A DNA stretch of 64,000 bases from a virus. The position numbers and the translations under genes were made by a program. Where the stretch lies: the IMG/VR virus record IMGVR_UViG_3300033155_001835, positions 2,603 to 66,602 of that record; one strand, given 5' to 3'. Shown here piece by piece: positions 1 to 7,216 of this stretch (positions are counted from its first letter, which is position 1; each line of letters opens with the position of its first letter). A model generated the notes under the pieces. That model was not told the origin of the DNA, did no database searches, and was given only the letters and a program-made list of their open reading frames with translations.

Positions 1-1
1 T

Positions 2-226
2 GGTGGTGTAAGTATTAAAGGTGTCTTCTCTAAACCTTCAGTTGTTCCTGTCTTTACCAAGAAGGTCTGGGACGCAGTTGGTAATATCATCCCCATTGTA
101 GAAGTCTTCTCTATGCCTACTGATGACAAGGGTGATCTTGGAGAAATGGTGTCCTACAAGAAGGATATTTACGTGAAACTAGAAGGTGGTTGGCATATTG
201 CTCAGGGAGAGTCTGATGCAACTTGA
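2..226 (+). CDS. 5'-truncated small ORF carrying tail-tube-like and decoration-protein-like peptides
   Basis: Frame 2 is open from the window edge to TGA 224-226 (GGVSIKGVFSKPSVVPVFTKKVWDAVGNIIPIVEVFS...GESDAT*). Not in the ORF track. Its 3' end overlaps the next ATG at 216. Confidence 0.75.
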   Translation, partial: GGVSIKGVFSKPSVVPVFTKKVWDAVGNIIPIVEVFSMPTDDKGDLGEMVSYKKDIYVKLEGGWHIAQGESDAT

Positions 227-509
227 ATTTAGCTTTGTTAGAGATGAGAAACCCTATAGAACTCGTGTATATGGCCGTCGCTGCGCGGCTCCTCTTTACG
301 ATATGACTGCTGATAATGAAGGATCTCTACCAAAGGTACACTCTATGAAGAAGGACATTTGTTCTGTTTGTGGTCACGAAGGCACAGACGGTCCTTGCAA
401 ACATCTCTATCCTTCTGTGCCTTCGTTTGCTCAACTAAAGAAGTGGATGCTAGAAACAATTCCTCAATTCCTGACACCTGATGGCAAACTGCAGGATGGT
501 AATATCTAA
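216..509 (+). CDS. Small QLEF-tag protein with prohead-protease-like ICSVC..G.C.H peptide
   Basis: Start reassigned to ATG 216 (GGGAGA upstream), giving MQLEFSFV like its neighbours. TAATG-coupled to the next ORF. Confidence 0.8.
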   Translation: MQLEFSFVRDEKPYRTRVYGRRCAAPLYDMTADNEGSLPKVHSMKKDICSVCGHEGTDGPCKHLYPSVPSFAQLKKWMLETIPQFLTPDGKLQDGNI

Positions 510-751
510 TGCAGACTGAGTTTTCTTTCGTGTTAGACGAGTCTGAGTGGTCTTGTCATCTTCATTCATTTGAATGTCATCCATACGCAATGTTCAAGAT
601 TGGTGACATTGTGCAGATCAGTTGTAACAATACGTTGCTTGGTCCTCATGATGCAGGTGACTATCGTTGGGCTGGCCGCGTTGTTTCTATTCAACATAAC
701 TTTCCTGGACCCTCTACAGCAATAGTTGATACGAGATTTAGATGCAATTAG
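509..751 (+). CDS. Small QLEF-tag protein (MQTEFSFV), possible hub-like peptide
   Basis: ORF track; shared N-terminal tag; overlapping start and stop codons. Confidence 0.8.
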   Translation: MQTEFSFVLDESEWSCHLHSFECHPYAMFKIGDIVQISCNNTLLGPHDAGDYRWAGRVVSIQHNFPGPSTAIVDTRFRCN

Positions 752-942
752 AACTAGGTTTTATAAGACAAGACTTACCTTGGGCTCTTAACGGACGCAT
801 TGCAGAACTGCAACGTGCAGGCTATACGCAGGCTTTTGTTGACAGATGGCTAGATGAATATTTTGAGTACCACCAAAGAATGATTTTTTCTGCCCTTGGC
901 TTCAGTGAAAAAGATATCCCTTTGGCAAAGAGGAAAGTCTGA
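742..942 (+). CDS. Small QLEF-tag protein (MQLELGFI) with portal-like peptide
   Basis: ORF track; tag; DEYFEYHQRMIFSALGFSEKDI aligns to the portal. Confidence 0.8.
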   Translation: MQLELGFIRQDLPWALNGRIAELQRAGYTQAFVDRWLDEYFEYHQRMIFSALGFSEKDIPLAKRKV

Positions 943-943
943 G

Positions 944-1219
944 ATGCAAATGGAATTTTCTTTTGTAAAGAAGTTAGAGCTACCACAACAAGTCGACCCG
1001 CCCTATCTTCCTTCTTCTATCCTTCAAGGAACTCCTACTATATGTACCTTCTCCACTAGTCTTATCTTTGAGGATACAATTGAAATAGGCAGTCCTGTAG
1101 CTCTGGACGAACAAGGTCGTGCTTACCAGGCAACATCTCACCAAATTCAAGATGTGATTGGTGTGGCAGCAGGTAAACCATGCCCTGGTATGATCAATGT
1201 GGTGATGAATGCAGACTGA
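944..1219 (+). CDS. Small QLEF-tag protein (MQMEFSFV) with capsid-decoration/cement-like segment
   Basis: Start reassigned from 896 to ATG 944 (GAGGAAAG upstream, follows the stop at 942). Contains IGSPVALDEQG...DVIGVA. Confidence 0.78.
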   Translation: MQMEFSFVKKLELPQQVDPPYLPSSILQGTPTICTFSTSLIFEDTIEIGSPVALDEQGRAYQATSHQIQDVIGVAAGKPCPGMINVVMNAD

Positions 1220-1403
1220 ATTTAACTTTGTACAACTAGAAAAACCTTACACGCCTAAAATACGCCTGTGGAAACATATGGACAAAATCCCTGAATACGA
1301 TGTAATAGGTATGTACAATGAAATGGCAGAAGACATGAAGAATTTTCATGGGATCGATATTAAAGCATACAAGCAGGAGTACTTGGGAGAATTCATCAAA
1401 TGA
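1209..1403 (+). CDS. Small QLEF-tag protein (MQTEFNFV) with capsid-like peptides
   Basis: ORF track; tag; YDVIGM and EMAEDMKNFHGID; ATGA-coupled to the next ORF. Confidence 0.8.
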   Translation: MQTEFNFVQLEKPYTPKIRLWKHMDKIPEYDVIGMYNEMAEDMKNFHGIDIKAYKQEYLGEFIK

Positions 1404-1690
1404 CAGACAAGCCACGAGCGCCCGCTACCCTTCTTATTCATTCTCTCATGGACACCCTTTGGGATCTTCAAGACAGAATGACCCACACAGGAGACTCCAA
1501 AGAAGGAATGAATGTACTAGAGGCACACGACTATTTCAGTCGAGAAAGTGACCAGGGGAGAGAATGCTCTTATGCTCTTAAAGCAAGATCCCTTTTTGCC
1601 AAACAAGACTACACAGAAATTAAAAAGCTATTTCTGGCTGCCCTTGACGCTTATCGCGCTTGTGAAGGAGACGACTTTGGCACTCCTTAA
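1400..1690 (+). CDS. Hypothetical protein (96 aa, no tag)
   Basis: GGGAGA RBS and ATGA overlap with the previous ORF. No recognisable motif. Confidence 0.7.
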   Translation: MTDKPRAPATLLIHSLMDTLWDLQDRMTHTGDSKEGMNVLEAHDYFSRESDQGRECSYALKARSLFAKQDYTEIKKLFLAALDAYRACEGDDFGTP

Positions 1691-2036
1691 ACCACCAGGT
1701 GAAAACCTAACTAAAGAAAACCCAGCATGGGTCACAGAGTACTATGCCACTAAAAACCAAGTCGGCGATGCTATAGACTGGCCTTCATTCAAACAGATGA
1801 AAGAAGACCAGCAACAGCAAATGCAGAACTGGAAAACAAAACTAAGCTCAGTCAAGATGGATGACATATTCGACGCTTTCTCTAATATAATGAACGCACC
1901 TCTAGCTTCTCCCACCATGGTAATGCACCCTGATACCTGGCAACTCATCTTGAAACACGAAGCATATATACGTATTCTAGAACTATCTACACAACTAGAG
2001 TTTCCTTTTGTAGAGGATGAACTAAAAAGGCCGTGA
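1677..2036 (+). CDS. Small protein with major-capsid-derived segment and C-terminal QLEFPFV tag
   Basis: Start probably TTG 1677 (AAGGAG 6 nt upstream) rather than 1548. SVKMDDIFDAF...TMVMHPDTW matches the MCP. Confidence 0.8.
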   Translation: MALLKPPGENLTKENPAWVTEYYATKNQVGDAIDWPSFKQMKEDQQQQMQNWKTKLSSVKMDDIFDAFSNIMNAPLASPTMVMHPDTWQLILKHEAYIRILELSTQLEFPFVEDELKRP

Positions 2037-2224
2037 TCGGTATCACTCTTTGTGATTTTGACTCTGTCCCTGGGGGCAAGGCAGCAACCTGGAAAGGTAA
2101 AGACCCCAAGGTATGCTATACTGTTGATGATTTGTATAATTTTTTGTACGATGAGTTTGCTGGCGCAGGTCAACTAGAGTTCAAGTTTGTAATATATGAG
2201 GAGTGCCCATGGCTGATGATGTAA
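2033..2224 (+). CDS. Small protein with C-terminal QLEFKFV tag
   Basis: GTGA overlap with the previous stop; tag at 2171-2191. Confidence 0.75.
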   Translation: MIGITLCDFDSVPGGKAATWKGKDPKVCYTVDDLYNFLYDEFAGAGQLEFKFVIYEECPWLMM

Positions 2225-3093
2225 ACATCTCTGAAAATAATAATCCCAAAACTGCTCTAGTAAAGCTTTCTGGGCAGATCATCAAGACAGACGGCTCTTC
2301 CTACGATTCCAACTTCTTTAAGTGTCTAGACCTACATCCTGATGACTATTCTGACATTTCCTACACTCCCAAAGAAGCAGCTAGTATTAGGTCACATCTC
2401 TTGCATCTTTCTACCGGAGCTTCTGCTGCTATTCCTCTGATCTGCGGAGGTACTGCCCATTGTCCATTTGCAGAGAGATGCCCATTTGTTCGGACGGACA
2501 ATATTCGCCGAGCAGCAGATCCGAAAGCAAAGCTTTGTACTCCGATTGGACGCCAGTGTCAGGTAGAAGTTAATCTACTGAGTCAGTGGACCAGAATGTT
2601 CATACACGAATACGAGATCGATGAAAAGAGCTTTTCTCAATTCACCATGGTCAGATTGCTTGCAGAGTGTGAGTTGATGTTGTGGAGGCTGAATAACAAC
2701 CTGGCAAAGCCTGAGAACGCAGAGTTGGTTGTAGATCAGGTAATAGGTGTGGACAAGGAAGGGAATGTCCTGACTCGCCAAGAGGTCTCAGCCTTCGTAG
2801 AGGCCAAAGAGAAGTATGAGAACAAGAAACTCAAATTGATCAAATTAATGGTTGGAGATCCACAGGAACAGTACAAGCGTGCCGCCGCCCTGCGTCAACG
2901 TGGGAAAGAGGATCCGTCTACCAATGCAGCGCAACTCCGCGCATCTCTTGATAGATTACAGAGAGAGGCTAAGGCCTTGGATTTAATGGTGAAAGAGGTA
3001 GAGGGAAACGTAATTGACGCGGAGGCTCTCCCAATAGAGGCAGAAGAAGTAAAGGATGATACCCTGTCCCCAGAGGACCTGCTCAAGGAGTAG
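2209..3093 (+). CDS. Cys-rich helical protein, candidate terminase small subunit
   Basis: GAGGAG RBS before ATG 2209. C..CPF..CPF..C..C cluster, helical core and charged C-terminal coiled coil, upstream of TerL. Function inferred from position only. Confidence 0.45.
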   Translation: MADDVNISENNNPKTALVKLSGQIIKTDGSSYDSNFFKCLDLHPDDYSDISYTPKEAASIRSHLLHLSTGASAAIPLICGGTAHCPFAERCPFVRTDNIRRAADPKAKLCTPIGRQCQVEVNLLSQWTRMFIHEYEIDEKSFSQFTMVRLLAECELMLWRLNNNLAKPENAELVVDQVIGVDKEGNVLTRQEVSAFVEAKEKYENKKLKLIKLMVGDPQEQYKRAAALRQRGKEDPSTNAAQLRASLDRLQREAKALDLMVKEVEGNVIDAEALPIEAEEVKDDTLSPEDLLKE

Positions 3094-3103
3094 TGGTATC
3101 AGT

Positions 3104-6100
3104 TTGGCTAACGCATTCATCCAACAGCTATATGCAGAAGGTATAGTTTCAGGAGAGTTATCAGCTCCTGAGTCTATTCGTGCGCGTGCAGCACATGTTG
3201 CGAAGCAGTCTGGATTCACCTTCGTTACAGAAGGGAAACCTCTTTTTCGAAAAGGGGAGAGATGGAAAGTAGGGTCTGTTAAATATAAGACTCATACTCG
3301 CTTCTATGCTCAGACACAAGCCATCAGAGAGAACTGGGAAGCCAGAGCTTCTTCTGTTTTTGGGAGACCTCTATCTACAGAACGTCTAGAGAACCTTACA
3401 GCAGTGATACAAGCCCACGAGGGCGCAGAAGCTTTCTATCTTGGCAAGACAGGACACCAGCGCTTTGGTAGTCATGCATCAGAGTCAGTCATCCAGAGTG
3501 AGCTAGAAGTAGCACGCAGGATGGGTCCACAGACAGCAGCAGATACTGTTAGATACAGAAGGTGGGAAAGTGAACAGCTAGTTGGTATGGCAACACATCA
3601 GACTCCATACTGGAACACATATAGACAAAGAATGGGATCTATTCTGGACGAGTTCGAAAGCCAAGGTGCTGTAGTAGGTTCAGGTTGGCAAAAGAGAGGA
3701 GGTCGAAGGTACCGTTCTGTTGCTGAACAGTTTAAGCTTGACCCAAATAAAAATGTAACACTTTTCCATGGTACTAACGAACTGTCTGCACAGAGAATTG
3801 CAAAGGGTGTGTTTGAACAAGGTGCAGATAGAAACTATGTTGAGTATCATCGTTTGGCTAAAGCTCAAGCAATTGAATCTTGGGCTGCTCCCCGTGGCCC
3901 TGTTGCCGGTGGGCTTATAGGTGACAGGCCACTATCTGCACTAGAGCAAAAACAGTTTCATACTCCAGCATTACTTGTCACCGAAATACCTTCTAAGTAT
4001 GTAGGAATACAGTCTGGCACCGGACAGTTTGATGAAAATATTGTATGGTCAGAGGGCTTGAAACAAGCAAAGCATAGAGTGGTTACTGGAGAAGAAGCCT
4101 TGCAGAGAATCTCTGAACAGAACTTAACTGTTCAGGAATACTTTGAGGAAGAGAGTTTCAAAAAGCAGGCGGCTGCGAAGTCTTCGGCTATGGCCCGTAC
4201 TGAAACTGCAATGGCCAAGGCAGGCAAAGCTACTGCATTAAACCCTGACGAGGCCTGGGCAGCCTTTCTTGACGAGAAGACTCCGGGTACTCCACGAGGC
4301 CTACCTCCTCCTGTAGAAGCTACTAGAGGCTTCAAACGTATATCTCGTTGGAAGATAGGACTAGGTGTAGGAGCAGCGGCCCTAGCGGGGTACGGAATTA
4401 CTAAACTACTCCCAGATGAGAACAGAGGTTACTACTCCTTTGATGGTTTCCAGCATGCTGGTACTGCACCAGGCATCCGTAGAGATATGACTCCATTTGG
4501 TTCCAAATATGACAGAGTGCGTAAGCTTGCAGGTATGATGGAAGAGACCTTTGAGATGATGACATCACGTAAGGGTTTCAAGCAGGCCTTACAGAGTGCA
4601 AAGCTAGTCAAGACATTTGAAGAGGGTTCCTTTGCTACAGCAGGTCTATATAGAGCTTCCTACAAGGGTAAGTCTTTTAGGTTTGTCAAGAAGGAGATCT
4701 CTCAGGAAGCAAAAGAAGAGCTGATGCGGAATGCAGCTAATCCAGAGAAGTATGCACGTGGTCTTGATCTGGAGCATGAAGCTAAGTTCCTTCGTGAGTT
4801 AGGAGAAACACCAGCGGCTCCTTCTCTTTATGGTCACTTCGATGATGCATTATATATGGAGTACATGCCAGGAGAGAGAATGGGTGACTGGGCAGTCAAT
4901 AACCCAGCTGCTGTTATGACTAGACAAGCCAAAGAAGATATAGAAGAGACAATCTACCAGGCAGCAAAGAAGGGTTTTACAAACCTAGATATCCATGGCG
5001 GTAATATTCTATTTGATCCAAAGACAGGCAGAGGTTCTTGGATTGACTGGGGCCTAGCTACACGAGAAGCGTCAGGTGTTGTAGGTCAGTCTTCTGAAAT
5101 GAGTGGTAAGTTTCTTGGTACCACTGGTGTCGCTGTACCGCTCCTTGAGCAGAAGGCTCATATGATGCAGGGCTCTATAAGAAAGGTATCCAGCTCTTTT
5201 GCTTCTGTACCAGCTGGTCCCCGCGCAAAGCTTTTAGCAGAACAGAACGCTTCAGAAGGTATGAAGCATGGTGGAATGGCTCAAAGAAAGCGTTCCTCTA
5301 TTACAGAGTTTGGTTCTAAATGGAAAGGTATGTTTGGTAGACTTTTTGGTGGCAAGTCAAAGGCAGCTTGGAAAGGAGGAGCCCGTCAGCTTCCAGAAAG
5401 ATTGCAAGTGGTAGCTAGAGATTGGCAGGGTGTTACTGCACGTCCAGAACGATTACAACAGTTTCTACATGCAGATATTGAGGCAAGTGGTCTCAGTAAT
5501 GCACTCCAAAAAAATCTTAAGAAAGAAGCAAGTCAGTTTCTAAAGGGAGCTAAAGCACAAGAACACTATGTCATTGCCAACCCAAGAGCGATCAAAGAAG
5601 GCGCGGCAGAAGAAGGTGTTTCTTACCTAGCTCGATATAAGGGTGTTATGCGCCATGAACGTTTTCACCAATCTATTGCTAAACATAAAGTTAGAGACTC
5701 TTTGAGACTTCTAAATGATTCTTCTTTTATCCCTGAGCATTTCCATAAATTTGCAGGCAAGAATGCTGCTGAAGAGTATTTTGCATATGCTATGGAACAA
5801 CCTTTAGTTCGTCGTCAGTCAGGATACAAACACGCTATGGCTCTCTTCAAGGGTAATGATGCTGCCTATACTCGTATTGAAGCGTTACACGGAAAAAATG
5901 TAGCATCGCAGTTGCGTAAGGTTTTAACAGATTTTGGTTCTGGCTATAGAGGATTGCAAGCTTCTTTTAGCAAGACAGTTGCTCAAGCTGCTAGACCAAG
6001 AGCAGGCATCAAATTGACCAATTCAGCTAAGGACCTTAAACTAGCACAAGAAAACATATGGGAATGGGCAAGAGGCGGCGGTCAACGTCACACTCGTCCA

Positions 6101-6148
6101 ACAGGCAGTCACGTACAACAACTATCTAACTTTGGAGGTATTCTATAA
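3104..6148 (+). CDS. Polyvalent protein: zincin-like, ADP-ribosyltransferase-like, Ser/Thr kinase, zincin
   Basis: Frame is open from 3056; likely start is TTG 3104 (TTGGCTAAC, as at 20003 and 37774). Motifs: AHEGAE; LFHGT..I..GVF; EGSFA..VKK..E..LYMEY..DIHGGNIL..IDWGLA; RHERFH..EEYFA. Confidence 0.75.
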   Translation: MANAFIQQLYAEGIVSGELSAPESIRARAAHVAKQSGFTFVTEGKPLFRKGERWKVGSVKYKTHTRFYAQTQAIRENWEARASSVFGRPLSTERLENLTAVIQAHEGAEAFYLGKTGHQRFGSHASESVIQSELEVARRMGPQTAADTVRYRRWESEQLVGMATHQTPYWNTYRQRMGSILDEFESQGAVVGSGWQKRGGRRYRSVAEQFKLDPNKNVTLFHGTNELSAQRIAKGVFEQGADRNYVEYHRLAKAQAIESWAAPRGPVAGGLIGDRPLSALEQKQFHTPALLVTEIPSKYVGIQSGTGQFDENIVWSEGLKQAKHRVVTGEEALQRISEQNLTVQEYFEEESFKKQAAAKSSAMARTETAMAKAGKATALNPDEAWAAFLDEKTPGTPRGLPPPVEATRGFKRISRWKIGLGVGAAALAGYGITKLLPDENRGYYSFDGFQHAGTAPGIRRDMTPFGSKYDRVRKLAGMMEETFEMMTSRKGFKQALQSAKLVKTFEEGSFATAGLYRASYKGKSFRFVKKEISQEAKEELMRNAANPEKYARGLDLEHEAKFLRELGETPAAPSLYGHFDDALYMEYMPGERMGDWAVNNPAAVMTRQAKEDIEETIYQAAKKGFTNLDIHGGNILFDPKTGRGSWIDWGLATREASGVVGQSSEMSGKFLGTTGVAVPLLEQKAHMMQGSIRKVSSSFASVPAGPRAKLLAEQNASEGMKHGGMAQRKRSSITEFGSKWKGMFGRLFGGKSKAAWKGGARQLPERLQVVARDWQGVTARPERLQQFLHADIEASGLSNALQKNLKKEASQFLKGAKAQEHYVIANPRAIKEGAAEEGVSYLARYKGVMRHERFHQSIAKHKVRDSLRLLNDSSFIPEHFHKFAGKNAAEEYFAYAMEQPLVRRQSGYKHAMALFKGNDAAYTRIEALHGKNVASQLRKVLTDFGSGYRGLQASFSKTVAQAARPRAGIKLTNSAKDLKLAQENIWEWARGGGQRHTRPTGSHVQQLSNFGGIL

Positions 6149-6543
6149 TGACAGTAGCTCGTGGTCTTTCAAGTGGTGTCAGTTGGTGGCGAAGTCGTTG
6201 GGCTGGTGCAATGGCTCAGGGTGTGGGTAAGTTTGCATATGGTGCTGGCAAGGCAGGATATCATGGCGCTGGCGGTATGGCTCAATGGGCTATGCGTAAA
6301 CCTAGTCATGCTATTGGTTTAGCAGGTGTTGGCGCGGGCCTTTATGGTGCATCTGCTGCTGTTGGTACAGGAGAGTCAGGTATGGATGCTGCTGAAGCAT
6401 CAGCTATTATGCAACAGCATGGTGGACCATCTACAGGGTTTGCACCAGGTATGGGAGCCATGAAGAGACAGAGTGATAGGTCTATGTTTATGGAAAGTAC
6501 ATTCGGCCTTACACAAGGACTACATAGAGGGAGGCATAGATAA
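6148..6543 (+). CDS. Gly/Ala-rich basic protein, possibly virion-internal/ejected
   Basis: GGAGG RBS, TAATG coupling, glycine-zipper-like GLAGVGAGLYGA. Confidence 0.7.
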   Translation: MTVARGLSSGVSWWRSRWAGAMAQGVGKFAYGAGKAGYHGAGGMAQWAMRKPSHAIGLAGVGAGLYGASAAVGTGESGMDAAEASAIMQQHGGPSTGFAPGMGAMKRQSDRSMFMESTFGLTQGLHRGRHR

Positions 6544-7205
6544 TGGCTACTGTTTGGCCTCTAGGACCCACACCTGAGCCGTTGAAGTTTCAATCTCCTG
6601 GTTTTTGGCAACAAAGAGCTAATCGTAAAGCAATGGGTCGGTATGGTGCTGTTACGTCTCCTGGGCGTATAGGGAGGGCTTCTGGTGCTGTACGTAGCTA
6701 TATGGGATCCAAAGTACATCGTAGTGGTGTAAGATGGGCGAAAGAAGCATACGGTATTGGTTCAAAAGGAGTTGGCCGTGTTGGTGGATACGCATTCGCA
6801 GCCTACATGGCTTACGAAGGTTATCAACAAGACGGAGCATGGGGCGCTGCTAAAGGTTTAGCCCGAGGCGCTGCAGAGACATATGCAATGGGAGCAGTAT
6901 GGGGAGCTATTGGTGCTCCTGTAAAAGCGGTAGGTGCAGTGGCTGCAACCATGCTTGCAGGTCATGCGTTTTACAATATGGCAGCAGGCGGTCCTTCTCC
7001 TCAACAATTCCTTGCTAGACCGTACGTCCGTGAACATCAGCGAAAACATGCTAAACTTGAGATGGGCAGGCCTGTGCTTGACCAGTTTGGCAGTTTATCT
7101 ACTATGAGGTCTAGAAGTGTATCTGCTATACAAAATTCAAAGATTAACGGTAGAACAGGGTTAGGTAATGAGGCAGCTCTCATGTACCGGCCTTACTTTC
7201 GTTAA
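6543..7205 (+). CDS. Gly/Ala-rich basic protein
   Basis: ORF track; hydrophobic Gly/Ala helices; C-terminal TMRSRSVSAIQNS..LGNEA. Confidence 0.75.
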   Translation: MATVWPLGPTPEPLKFQSPGFWQQRANRKAMGRYGAVTSPGRIGRASGAVRSYMGSKVHRSGVRWAKEAYGIGSKGVGRVGGYAFAAYMAYEGYQQDGAWGAAKGLARGAAETYAMGAVWGAIGAPVKAVGAVAATMLAGHAFYNMAAGGPSPQQFLARPYVREHQRKHAKLEMGRPVLDQFGSLSTMRSRSVSAIQNSKINGRTGLGNEAALMYRPYFR

Positions 7206-7216
7206 GGAGTAATCAT

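Noticed and set aside
216-1232. Regularly spaced ATGCA.. repeats read as a CRISPR array or attC-like cassette sites
   Set aside because: The repeats vary at synonymous positions, are not palindromic, are spaced 200-300 bp apart and are in-frame ORF starts. Conservation is at the peptide level.
1400-1690. Searched this ORF for a tag or a structural-protein fragment
   Set aside because: None found by eye within this window.
2072-2150. GGKAATWKGK versus portal tail CGKSATWQSK, and TVDDLY versus MCP TMDDVF
   Set aside because: Too short and low in complexity to assign a donor with confidence; not counted as evidence for the array.
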